From contig JBBDIZ010000004.1 in assembly GCA_040880145.1 (NCBI GenBank), positions 1-51,903 on the forward strand: DNA of 51,903 nt. Direction: 5' to 3'. This DNA comes from Simkaniaceae bacterium. Lineage in GTDB: Bacteria > Chlamydiota > Chlamydiia > Chlamydiales > JAJFMI01. This document shows positions 39,760 to 48,408 of the stretch, piece after piece (the stretch's first letter is position 1; each line of letters begins with the position of its first letter). The notes below the pieces were generated by a model that saw only the letters and a list, made by a program, of their open reading frames with translations, ran no database searches and was not told the origin of the DNA. The position numbers and the translations under genes are program-made.

Positions 39760-40230
39760 TTATTTCACATAAAGAGTCTTCCATTCTACGAAGGCTTGAG
39801 GTTGATTAGATCCATCTCCTAGAATTGCACTGCCTACGGGAATAATCCATACGTCGAATTCCTTCATGTTAGGGCGCAAGCCGATTACAGAAACTTCAAC
39901 ACTTCTATGCCCAACAGTACATTTCAACGTTCCAAAGGCTTGCTTACCGCCAGTGTTTTTTGCCAAAATGACAATAAAAATTTTCTTATACTTGTTAAGT
40001 TGGTCAAAACTTAACTGAAAGGGTGAAAATTGTTCGTTTTTTGAAAAAATATTTTCCGATTGGCTGAGTTGCTCATCTGTTAATACATAACCTTTAAGCT
40101 GCGTGTGTGTTTTGTATGCTGTATTATAAAAAAAGAGAGAAGGATAAAAATTAGCTATAAGATAAATGGCCAGGCCTATCAGAATGACAATTCCAATCGA
40201 TCCCCCCAGGATTTTGAATGTACGGTGCAT
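39760..40230 (-). CDS. Membrane-anchored hypothetical protein upstream of the atypical RHS gene
   Basis: N-terminal TM helix plus a beta-rich domain; GGAGG SD; ends 21 nt before the RHS start. Confidence 0.75.
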   Translation of the reverse strand: MHRTFKILGGSIGIVILIGLAIYLIANFYPSLFFYNTAYKTHTQLKGYVLTDEQLSQSENIFSKNEQFSPFQLSFDQLNKYKKIFIVILAKNTGGKQAFGTLKCTVGHRSVEVSVIGLRPNMKEFDVWIIPVGSAILGDGSNQPQAFVEWKTLYVK

Positions 40231-40353
40231 CTCACCTCCTCCCGTTCCAGTTAGCTTTGTCTTGCTGAGTCCATTTTTATTATTTAAGATTTAATCGACT
40301 ATATCAGATGGAAACTGTTATAAGCTCTAGAGCACAAAAGTTAAAGATAATTT

Positions 40354-41388
40354 CTAAAATACGGCGTAGAAAGTAAAAACCAGGGAGACAAAATTTGAAC
40401 TATTGCGGCCGCAGCCTGTGAACCAAACTCCGCCAACATAGCCAAAGGTTGAGCTTGGGTTGTATTCGATAGCCGGTGCAAAGCTGAGTTGACTGCTAGA
40501 GGGGGCTCCCAATGAGGCCTCTTGCCCATTTACGTCGACTCCCTTGCGGCCTGAAAAATTGGAGCTATTGGTGTAGTCATAGACGACGTCTAGCGCGGCT
40601 ACCCATTTTTGAGTGATGCTATATTCGATGCCGAAGTTGGTGTTGAAGGTATTGCCGGGTTTTATTTTCCCATCAGTGCCAAACCCGCCGCCAAAAACAT
40701 TGAACTCTTTCACGTTTGTCGGAGCTGTGATGGTGTAATTAATATTGAATCTTACAGCAAAGGGGTGAAGAGGGTTGAGTTGCCAGATGACCTTTCCAAA
40801 ATTTAATCCAAAGGTTGTCGTATAGGCGCCGCCTCCTGTCGCATCGATTCCCTCTTTTTTGGGATCGAGTTTTTCATATTTTCCGGTTGGGAAGGTTTGG
40901 GTGACGGTTCCTCTAAAGCCTGGAATGTAGGGAGATTCTCGGTAGAGTTGAATGCCGAACCCCCAAGTTGTATCGCCGATATTGCTTGCCCAATTACTGC
41001 CTTGGTTATTAAATACGGCACTGACTGTCATACTGGTATCGAGCCAGTTTGTAATTCCTGTCTGGAAAAGGTATAGAGGACTTATAGTATAGATGTCTTT
41101 GATGTTTTTTGAGTTTCTATTTTTATCGAACTCGGCATAGGTGTTTGTAAAGTAGATGTAGGGTTGAATGTTAGCAAAACCCGGTGTCATATTTGTATAC
41201 CCCCCTGTGATTAGGGGACCTGCATACCAAGGGTTGAACATCTCTTTTGCTCGCTGAAAATCAGCCTCTGCTTGATTTAGCTCAACTTGCACCTCTTCCG
41301 GAGAGGGAGGATGATAAGGCGGAACCTCTTGCTGGGCATAAACAAGGTCTAAACTTGCAGCAAGCACTAGGAATAGAAATTTTCTCAT
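40354..41388 (-). CDS. Putative outer-membrane beta-barrel protein
   Basis: Signal peptide, GDT...FPTGKY motif, alternating aromatic strands and C-terminal Phe. Confidence 0.75.
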   Translation of the reverse strand: MRKFLFLVLAASLDLVYAQQEVPPYHPPSPEEVQVELNQAEADFQRAKEMFNPWYAGPLITGGYTNMTPGFANIQPYIYFTNTYAEFDKNRNSKNIKDIYTISPLYLFQTGITNWLDTSMTVSAVFNNQGSNWASNIGDTTWGFGIQLYRESPYIPGFRGTVTQTFPTGKYEKLDPKKEGIDATGGGAYTTTFGLNFGKVIWQLNPLHPFAVRFNINYTITAPTNVKEFNVFGGGFGTDGKIKPGNTFNTNFGIEYSITQKWVAALDVVYDYTNSSNFSGRKGVDVNGQEASLGAPSSSQLSFAPAIEYNPSSTFGYVGGVWFTGCGRNSSNFVSLVFTFYAVF

Positions 41389-41430
41389 AGCACTAAGATA
41401 GAATTTTTATTATTAAATGAAAAGAAAGGA

Positions 41431-41763
41431 GTGATTATGTCTGAAGTATCGGGCGCTGGAGGTATATCACCGAAGGATATGCAAAGCTATAAACAGGAGT
41501 TCCATAAGAGTGTTGATATCTTTAAGGAGTCTCTAGAGGAATATCATCAAACAGGAGAGGGGCCTAAAAAAGAGGCTTTTAAAAAAGCGATGGATGAATC
41601 CCTGCATATTATGGATCAATTAGGGCCCATCTTTTCAAAAGAAATTCAGCAGCAAAAAGCAACTCTCGAAGGACATTATTCGGACTTTACATCAAAAGAG
41701 AGTGACTCAGGTTTTAATCAACTGGAAACAGACATTAAGAGCTTGGATGATAAGATTGGTTAA
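41431..41763 (+). CDS. Small helical hypothetical protein
   Basis: 110-aa ORF with AAGGAG SD (ATG at 41437 is the likely start). Confidence 0.65.
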   Translation: MIMSEVSGAGGISPKDMQSYKQEFHKSVDIFKESLEEYHQTGEGPKKEAFKKAMDESLHIMDQLGPIFSKEIQQQKATLEGHYSDFTSKESDSGFNQLETDIKSLDDKIG

Positions 41764-41786
41764 GCGACTCCCTTAAAAAAGAGAGT

Positions 41787-41860
41787 CGCGGGAGACGGGA
41801 CTCGAACCCGCAACTTCCAGCGTGACAGGCTGGTGCTCTAACCAGTTGAACTACTCCCGC
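41787..41860 (-). tRNA. tRNA-Asp(GTC)
   Basis: GCGGGAG acceptor stem, CT-GTC-AC anticodon loop, GGTTCGAGTCC T-arm. Confidence 0.97.
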
Positions 41861-41883
41861 AAATCTTGCGTGAAATCTTTGTT

Positions 41884-41956
41884 TGGGCGTAACAGGATTC
41901 GAACCTATGACCGCCTGTGTGTAAAACAGGTGCTCTACCAACTGAGCTACACGCCC
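41884..41956 (-). tRNA. tRNA-Val(TAC)
   Basis: GGGCGTG acceptor stem, TT-TAC-AC anticodon loop, GGTTCGAATCC T-arm. Confidence 0.97.
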
Positions 41957-41987
41957 TTAAGATTGAAAGCAAATATACCGCTAAAGC

Positions 41988-43430
41988 CTATTTTTCTACA
42001 AGCGCTTTTTTAGGCGCAAGATTCATGCACCAAGAGGTAAAGAAAATAGCGATGAGTGAAAAGAAAAAGCCCGGAATGAGCGTCGGAGCATAAAGCCCCG
42101 TAACAGCCTCTATTTTGGGCCAGAGGGCAGCGACTGTTCCGCCTGTAACAATTCCGGCAAGAGCGCCTTCTTTTGTCACTTTTTTTGCGTAGAGGGAGGC
42201 CAGCATGAGGGGGCCAAAAGAGGCTCCGAGCCCAAACCAGGCATATTCAACAAGAGCGTAAATGGGGCGATTGTTGAACCAGGCAAGGGTGAAGCTCAAA
42301 AGAGCGGTAAGAAGGATTGCAGCGCGCGAGACTAAAAGAAGTTCTCGAGAAGAGGCTTTTTTTCTAAAAATCTTTTTATATAAATCTTCTGTCAGACTTG
42401 AGGAAAGGACAAGAATTTGAGAGTCTAGAGTTGAAATTGTGGCAGCTAAAATAGCGCAGATAACAAAGGCTCCAACAATAGGATAAAAAATAGAGCGCGC
42501 TATGTCGACGAAGATTAGTTGAGTATCAGGCAATCCTTCAGGGAAGAAGCCGGCTCCGACAACGGCGATAAGGGTGGTGAAAAAGAAGATCAATACTTGC
42601 CAAGACATGCCGAAGTATTTTGATTTGCGAATGTTTTTCGGGTGGTCGATTCCCATAAATTTTGTGACAATATGGGGTTGGCCAAAATAGCCAAGCCCCC
42701 AGCTTGTCGACAGAAAAAGAATCGCTTTTATTGTTTTAACAGAAGGGTTTGGAAAAAAGTTAAGAGAGAAGGAGGTCGCTTGAATTCGCGTGAGGGTATT
42801 TGAAAAGCCGCCTAAATATTTGATAGCGACTATCGGAGTTATGAGGACGACAGTGAGCATAAACATAGCTTGAAAAAAATCGGTCCAAGCAAGAGTTCGA
42901 AATCCTCCAACAAAGAGATAGGGAATAATGATTAAAACTGAAAGGGTAATGGCCAAGTGATAGTGAATTGAAAAAAGTTGATGAATCAAAAGCCCCATGC
43001 TGACAAGACCTGCTGTGATATAAAAGGAGTAAAATAGAAGTTGCATCAGAGCTGTAGAGATTCGGATAAGGCCGCTTGTGTCAGAGAAGCGGCTTTCGAA
43101 AAAACTTGAAAACGTCAAAGCGCCATATCGTTCAGAGGCGACCCGAATTTTAGGGGCAATGAGCTGCCAATTTAAGAACATAAAAATAATAAGTCCAACA
43201 GCAGACCAGGCGTGAAATAAGCCTTGGGTGAAGACCATTGCGGGATAGCCCATCAAGAGCCAGCTACTCATATCACTTGAGTGAGCTGCCATGGCAATCA
43301 ACCAAAAATTAAGCGATCTACCCCCTAGGATAAAGTCCTTACTGCTTTGGTGGCGCTTGTATGAAAGCGCAGCAATAGAGAAGAGGAGGAAAACATAGAG
43401 AATAACAGCAATTAATTCGTAGGTAAGCAT
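41988..43430 (-). CDS. putP: Sodium/proline symporter
   Basis: SDMSSWLLMGYP, WGLGYFGQPHI and AATISTLDSQ motifs. Confidence 0.93.
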   Translation of the reverse strand: MLTYELIAVILYVFLLFSIAALSYKRHQSSKDFILGGRSLNFWLIAMAAHSSDMSSWLLMGYPAMVFTQGLFHAWSAVGLIIFMFLNWQLIAPKIRVASERYGALTFSSFFESRFSDTSGLIRISTALMQLLFYSFYITAGLVSMGLLIHQLFSIHYHLAITLSVLIIIPYLFVGGFRTLAWTDFFQAMFMLTVVLITPIVAIKYLGGFSNTLTRIQATSFSLNFFPNPSVKTIKAILFLSTSWGLGYFGQPHIVTKFMGIDHPKNIRKSKYFGMSWQVLIFFFTTLIAVVGAGFFPEGLPDTQLIFVDIARSIFYPIVGAFVICAILAATISTLDSQILVLSSSLTEDLYKKIFRKKASSRELLLVSRAAILLTALLSFTLAWFNNRPIYALVEYAWFGLGASFGPLMLASLYAKKVTKEGALAGIVTGGTVAALWPKIEAVTGLYAPTLIPGFFFSLIAIFFTSWCMNLAPKKALVEK

Positions 43431-43439
43431 GACCTATGA

Positions 43440-44174
43440 TTATAACCGGCTGGCCTTTTCTGATCCATAAAGCAGTGAGGCTTGGGCTAAATTTTTTACA
43501 CTATCCGGAAAATGGACAGCCATATCCTGAATTAAATTTTTCACATCTTTTCGTCTTGAAGTTTGTCCAACAGGGCATTGACAAGTCAGGCGTCGGAACC
43601 CATGCAGCTTGGAGAATTCAATAATTTCCTTTTCATCAACATAGATTAAGGGGCGAATAATGGTGACTCCATATCGATGCATAGGAGTTTTGGGCAGCAT
43701 CCCGGCAAATTCACCCTTTTGAAGCAAATTAAGAAGCAGAGTTTCAGAGAGATCATCTCGTGTATGGCCAAAGGCAATGGTTTGAGAGCCGTGCTCCTTA
43801 GCAGCATTAAAAATTAGGGATCTTCGTTTTCTAGAGCAGCTATAGCAATTGAGTTTGTCGAGCGACTGATCGGTTTTTAAAGTAATGAGTTCAACCCCAA
43901 GATCTTGGCAGATAGGCTTTAAAAAGGATTCACCGATGGATGCACCACAAGAAAACGCGCCGCTAACATGCAAGGCAATGAGCTTTCGGTCTAAAAATCC
44001 ATGACCTAAAATCGCTTTAAGTAAAAAAAGAAGCGTCAAGCTGTCCTTTCCGCCGCTAAGTGCAATGGAAAGAGGGCCTTTGTCTTCTAGAAGAGAAAAG
44101 TCAAAAAGGGCCTTTCGGCAGAGCGATTCGAGGCGACGACCGAGTTTTGTCCAAGGAGGCTTTGCAATTGTCAT
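43440..44174 (-). CDS. ttcA: tRNA 2-thiocytidine synthetase
   Basis: SGGKDS PP-loop, CYSCSRKRR, GH.RDD and CQCP motifs. Confidence 0.88.
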   Translation of the reverse strand: MTIAKPPWTKLGRRLESLCRKALFDFSLLEDKGPLSIALSGGKDSLTLLFLLKAILGHGFLDRKLIALHVSGAFSCGASIGESFLKPICQDLGVELITLKTDQSLDKLNCYSCSRKRRSLIFNAAKEHGSQTIAFGHTRDDLSETLLLNLLQKGEFAGMLPKTPMHRYGVTIIRPLIYVDEKEIIEFSKLHGFRRLTCQCPVGQTSRRKDVKNLIQDMAVHFPDSVKNLAQASLLYGSEKASRL

Positions 44175-44240
44175 AGGAAAATGGTAACAAAAAGAAGGAA
44201 TAAGACGAATGTTTAAAAAATAACATATACCGGGGTTAAT

Positions 44241-44432
44241 ATGTCAAAAGTGGGAAGAAATGATCCTTGTCCTTGTGGATCGGGAAAAAAATATAAAAAG
44301 TGCTGTGCCTTTTCAACTTTTAAGAGAAAAATTCAAGCAGTGGATCTGACTCAGCATGGTGGAGAAAAAACGAAAGGTCTTTTCAAAAAAGGAACTCTCG
44401 AAAATTCAGCAGATAAAGGAGAAGAGTCTTGA
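44241..44432 (+). CDS. SEC-C zinc-binding motif protein
   Basis: [20 protein letters not shown]. Confidence 0.9.
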   Translation: MSKVGRNDPCPCGSGKKYKKCCAFSTFKRKIQAVDLTQHGGEKTKGLFKKGTLENSADKGEES

Positions 44433-44472
44433 GAAAAAAGTTCAGCTTTGCTATAAATGGGCCCACTACTTT

Positions 44473-44545
44473 GCTGGCGTAGCTCAATTGGTAGAGCGCC
44501 CGACTTGTAATCGGATGGTTGAGGGTTCGATTCCTTTCGCCAGCA
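44473..44545 (+). tRNA. tRNA-Thr(TGT)
   Basis: GCTGGCG acceptor stem, CT-TGT-AA anticodon loop, GGTTCGATTCC T-arm. Confidence 0.97.
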
Positions 44546-44599
44546 TATGACCTTTGCATTTCTTTTAATGGAAAATGCAAAGTCCTCATTCCTTTCCTT

Positions 44600-44682
44600 G
44601 GGGGTGTCGCATAGTGGCCAATTGCAGGAGACTGTAAATCTCCCAGCTTCGGCTTACGCTGGTTCGAATCCAGCTGCCCCCA
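44600..44682 (+). tRNA. tRNA-Tyr(GTA)
   Basis: GGGGGTG acceptor stem, CT-GTA-AA anticodon loop, long variable arm, GGTTCGAATCC T-arm. Confidence 0.97.
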
Positions 44683-44736
44683 AATTTATCGTATACCCCT
44701 TTTTGTTGAAAAGAAAACACTGGTATAGTAACATAT

Positions 44737-44969
44737 CTGATGTTCGCTCCTGGGCATGTGGCCTTTTGACGGGACGCCGGCGCTTTTGCGAACCAAACGT
44801 ATCTACGTAACTCTTGTATAGAGCCAAGTAGTAGCAGCCTGGGCACAGGCCAAAGCTGTTTAAATGATTGCATAGGGTCAGCCAACCTCTTTTAGGTGTT
44901 GCGCAAGCGACGGGTCGTCCCCTTGTATCAGTTAAAAGCTCATCCCCTTTAGGGGGTTGAGCGTGTTAC
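44737..44969. ncRNA. Candidate structured ncRNA ending in an IS200/IS605-like end hairpin (omegaRNA/HEARO-like)
   Basis: GC-rich intergenic island with nested long-range pairings and several hairpins; terminal AAGCTCATCCCCTTTAGGGGGTTGAGCGTGTTAC; upstream extended -10 TGGTATAGT. Confidence 0.55.
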
Positions 44970-45013
44970 TTGAGTTGAATTCAACTATTTTGAATCATTT
45001 TTGGTGTAAATAA

Positions 45014-45529
45014 ATGAAACGAATTAAATTTTTATTTGTCGGCATGCTGCTGATCTTTTCCAGCAGTTTTGCTCAGAAGCTTCCATCATCTCAGGAACTC
45101 ATAGATCATGCGAAATATGTGTTGCCTTGTACGGGTGTCCTAAGGAGTACCGAAAAATGGATTTATGTAGATGTAGATGATGCCTATGTTCATGATTTAT
45201 TTTCATTTATTGAGGAGGAGGGATTTGAAAAGCCCCCTTACTTTTCAAGTGAAGGCGCTGTCGGGGCACATATTACAGTTGCCTACCCTGATGAAGTCAA
45301 GAAATATAGGGTCTTTAAAATAGAGGAATCTGGAGAAAAAATCGACTTCGTTCTAAAAAGATGTGAAATCGTGCATCCGCCAACCTGGGAAGAAATCGAT
45401 GAACTTTATTTGATTACTGTAGAAGCTCCTCAGCTCGATCAGATCAGAGAAAAATATGGATTACCCGAGAAAATTCACGACTTTCATATTACAGTCGCTG
45501 TAAAGCCTGAAATTGCTAGGGCTGGATAA
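45014..45529 (+). CDS. 2H phosphoesterase superfamily protein with signal peptide
   Basis: Two HxT motifs (GAHITVA and DFHITVA) about 73 aa apart; signal peptide ending SFA. Confidence 0.8.
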   Translation: MKRIKFLFVGMLLIFSSSFAQKLPSSQELIDHAKYVLPCTGVLRSTEKWIYVDVDDAYVHDLFSFIEEEGFEKPPYFSSEGAVGAHITVAYPDEVKKYRVFKIEESGEKIDFVLKRCEIVHPPTWEEIDELYLITVEAPQLDQIREKYGLPEKIHDFHITVAVKPEIARAG

Positions 45530-45534
45530 CTTTA

Positions 45535-45894
45535 TTAACGCCGCCGCCCGCCGCCGCCGCGTCGACCGCCTCCACCATCTCGGCGACCTCCACCTCGATG
45601 TCCGCCTTGGCGTCCACCTCGATGATGTCCTCCTCCTTGATGATGCCGTCGATGACCTCCGCCGCGATAATAGCGCCCACCGCCATGTCCATGGTGATGG
45701 TGGTAGCGATGCCAATAATTTGAGCGAAAGGCTAGAAAAGTAAATTCACTTCCAAACCAGACCCCATAATAGTATCCGGGGCCGACCCAAACGACTTCTT
45801 GGCTTTCATTATCATTATTGTTATCATTGTTGTCTCCATTGTCTTGTGCAAGGAGAGTAAATAGGGGAAGAAGTAGTAAAATAAATTTTCTCAT
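45535..45894 (-). CDS. Secreted low-complexity Gly/His/Arg-rich protein
   Basis: Signal MRKFILLLLPLFTLLA, Asn/Asp tract, VVWVGPGYYYGVWF segment and GGHR/GGRR repeats; likely start at 45894. Confidence 0.7.
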   Translation of the reverse strand: MRKFILLLLPLFTLLAQDNGDNNDNNNDNESQEVVWVGPGYYYGVWFGSEFTFLAFRSNYWHRYHHHHGHGGGRYYRGGGHRRHHQGGGHHRGGRQGGHRGGGRRDGGGGRRGGGGRRR

Positions 45895-45925
45895 ATTTTT
45901 CTCATAACATAATAGGTTTTTTGGT

Positions 45926-46657
45926 GTGAAGGAAGAAATTCGCTTAAGCAAATTTATGTCTGAACTTGGATTGGCCTCTCGTCGTGAGTCGGAGCGGTTG
46001 ATCGAAAGGGGACTTGTGAAAGTTGATGGAGAACTGATTCAAGTTCAGGGGTTTAAGGTGACTAGAGAAAGTCGTGTCGAACTTCTAAACGAAGCAGTCA
46101 AGGAAAAAAGGCAGAAGGTTACGATCATGCTGAATAAACCTTGCGGCTTTGTCTCTACTCAACCGGAAAAGAACTATCGATCGGCAATTGAGCTCATTAA
46201 AAAAGAAAATATCGAAGAACAATCAGAGTATCGAGGTTTTTGTCTAGAAAGACTTGCTGTTGTAGGGCGTCTTGATATCGAATCTAAGGGGCTTTTACTC
46301 TTTACCCAGGATGGAACCTTGGTTAAAAAAATTATTGGTCCTGAGGTTTTGGTTGAGAAAGAGTATCTTGTTCGAGTCGATAGGGAGTTTAGTGACGAAG
46401 TTCTTAAAAAACTCTCTTTCGGCCTTAGTTTAGAAGGGGTTAAGTTAAAACGCGCTAAAATTGAGCGTCTTCATGCATTTGGTTTTCGCATTATTCTTGT
46501 TCAAGGGAAAAAACGGCAAATTCGGCGTATGTGCGAATTGGTTGGGCTTAGAGTGACAAGTTTAAAGCGTGTAAGGATTGGAAACCTCAATTTGAGCGAT
46601 CTTCCAATTGGAAAATGGAAATTTGTTCATCCGAGTAAGATCGTTAATAATTATTAA
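45926..46657 (+). CDS. rRNA pseudouridine synthase (RsuA/RluB/RluF family)
   Basis: S4 domain (RLSKFMSELGLASRRE), LNKP, VGRLD and GKKRQIRRM motifs. Confidence 0.93.
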   Translation: MKEEIRLSKFMSELGLASRRESERLIERGLVKVDGELIQVQGFKVTRESRVELLNEAVKEKRQKVTIMLNKPCGFVSTQPEKNYRSAIELIKKENIEEQSEYRGFCLERLAVVGRLDIESKGLLLFTQDGTLVKKIIGPEVLVEKEYLVRVDREFSDEVLKKLSFGLSLEGVKLKRAKIERLHAFGFRIILVQGKKRQIRRMCELVGLRVTSLKRVRIGNLNLSDLPIGKWKFVHPSKIVNNY

Positions 46658-46795
46658 CTTTTTTTGAAAAAAAAGGAGGGGTCTACCGACAAGCCATCTC
46701 TTGATTTTTAACAGAACTCGTTGCTTTTAAGCAATCTATCCTTTATACTCCTTTGTTTATCGATAAATATTCCCTATAACAAGTGAGACTTTGAA

Positions 46796-47590
46796 ATGAA
46801 TATAAATTTTTCTTTAAATAATAATAATAACTTTAATGTTGAAGATGTCGCTTTTTCTATAAATAACTTATCAAACTATTGTATTGGCAAACTTATCATC
46901 GATATTGTTGAAAAATTAAACATCACTATAAAAGTTTGTGAGGGAAATGAAATTTTAGCAGAAAAAATAGATGATCAGACATACAATTTAAAGATTTCAT
47001 CCGATCCTATTTTTTACATTCACAAGGAAGAAAAGAGCCTGGCTTTTTATCAATTCCCCAGAGAATTAATTCTTGCAAAGTCAATTCTAAAGATATTGGA
47101 GAGAATAATCCCTTCTAAAATTGATGTTCCCACAATTGAAAAGGGGCTAATGGAAGAGATGGAGTTGCCTTCCAAGGATTGGTTCGAAGATATTTTTAGA
47201 GCAAAAGGAAATTTGGAGATGGCTCCTTGTGAAATTCAACTGCTTCGGGATAGAAATGGAAATTTACTTCTTCACACCGCAATTGAAAAAGATAAATTTG
47301 AAATAGCAAAAATTTTAATAGAGATGAATACAGATATAAATGCAAGAAATCATAAAGACCATACTCCTTTAATGGTAGCAATTAATTACAATCGTTATGC
47401 GTTCTTTCAGCCACTGATTCAAGCAGGTGCGAATTATAATTTTATTATAAAAAAGAAAATTGGTTTAAAGGAATCATTGTTTCCTAGTTTTAAGAATTAC
47501 GTTTATTTTCTACTGAAGAGCGAATCAAACGCAGATTGCAAAAAACTTCTCTCGGTTTATAATCTGATCCAATCCTTTGGGACAATCTGA
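46796..47590 (+). CDS. Ankyrin-repeat protein, candidate effector
   Basis: GNLLLHTAI...TDINARN..DHTPLMVAI...GAN; Asn-rich N-terminus; very AT-rich. Confidence 0.8.
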   Translation: MNINFSLNNNNNFNVEDVAFSINNLSNYCIGKLIIDIVEKLNITIKVCEGNEILAEKIDDQTYNLKISSDPIFYIHKEEKSLAFYQFPRELILAKSILKILERIIPSKIDVPTIEKGLMEEMELPSKDWFEDIFRAKGNLEMAPCEIQLLRDRNGNLLLHTAIEKDKFEIAKILIEMNTDINARNHKDHTPLMVAINYNRYAFFQPLIQAGANYNFIIKKKIGLKESLFPSFKNYVYFLLKSESNADCKKLLSVYNLIQSFGTI

Positions 47591-48408
47591 TTGGTCAAAT
47601 AGCGCCAACGTTCTCCATACCAATTTTTGGGCGTAATGACTAATTTGTCCGGGTTTTGGTTAAGATAGGCAGCCCACCAGGAGAAAGAGGAGTTGGCGGT
47701 AATAATATGATCACAAAGCGTCATCAGATAGAAGTCATCGATATAGTGGTTCCCTTCAATAAAGACAATGAATGGGGCGATATCGCTTAAGTTTTTTTTG
47801 CACCAGGCAATTCGGTCTGAAAAGATTAGATACAGACAATCTTCGCCTAGCAACTGGACAGCGTTTTTATAATATTCAAGACCTGGAAAGGCGTGGAACT
47901 CTTTTGATTGAGGGATGTGCCCATAATCAGCAAGATAGGTCCTAACGTGGAGCGCAACGGTCTTCTGATGGGATAAGAGGGATTGATATTTTTCAAGCAA
48001 TCGATCAAGTATTTCATTCGATGGAGAGAAGAGCTTTAAGATCTCTTCCTTGTGGTGTATGAAGTATTTCTCGGATTGAAAAAAACCATGAATCATTACA
48101 TTTTCAGGTAAGTGCCCAAGCCTGTTGACCTCAGCTTCATTTAATTTTTTTAGAATAGGACTTGAGGGGGAGTCGGCATTGAATTTTGAAAAGACTTTTT
48201 TGTAATTTTCACGTACATTCCAATGAGGACAGCTTTTAAAATCGGGAAAAAGGGGCTCATAGCCATGATCTAGAGCAAGGGCGTATCCTGCAGCAACTTG
48301 AAAGAGTTGATTTCCAAATTGATATTGAATTTTTGTTACTAAAAAAGGTTTTTCATTGGCTGGAAGCGGGGTGAAAAGCCCGAAAATTAATAAAAACAGA
48401 ACTCTCAT
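47557..48408 (-). CDS. Alpha-1,2-fucosyltransferase (GT11)
   Basis: FGNQLFQ, GFFQSEKYF, LHVR and ANSSFSWWAAYL motifs. Confidence 0.9.
   Translation of the reverse strand: MRVLFLLIFGLFTPLPANEKPFLVTKIQYQFGNQLFQVAAGYALALDHGYEPLFPDFKSCPHWNVRENYKKVFSKFNADSPSSPILKKLNEAEVNRLGHLPENVMIHGFFQSEKYFIHHKEEILKLFSPSNEILDRLLEKYQSLLSHQKTVALHVRTYLADYGHIPQSKEFHAFPGLEYYKNAVQLLGEDCLYLIFSDRIAWCKKNLSDIAPFIVFIEGNHYIDDFYLMTLCDHIITANSSFSWWAAYLNQNPDKLVITPKNWYGERWRYLTNQIVPKDWIRL

Noticed and set aside
44547..44885. ORFs 44547-44810 (+) and 44586-44885 (-)
   Set aside because: They overlap tRNA-Tyr and the structured element and have no IscB/TnpB motifs, so they are likely spurious.
45537..45710. GC-rich tandem-like repeats (CCGCCG, CCACC)
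   Set aside because: Explained by Gly/Arg/His codons; there is no CRISPR repeat-spacer pattern here, and none was seen elsewhere in the window.
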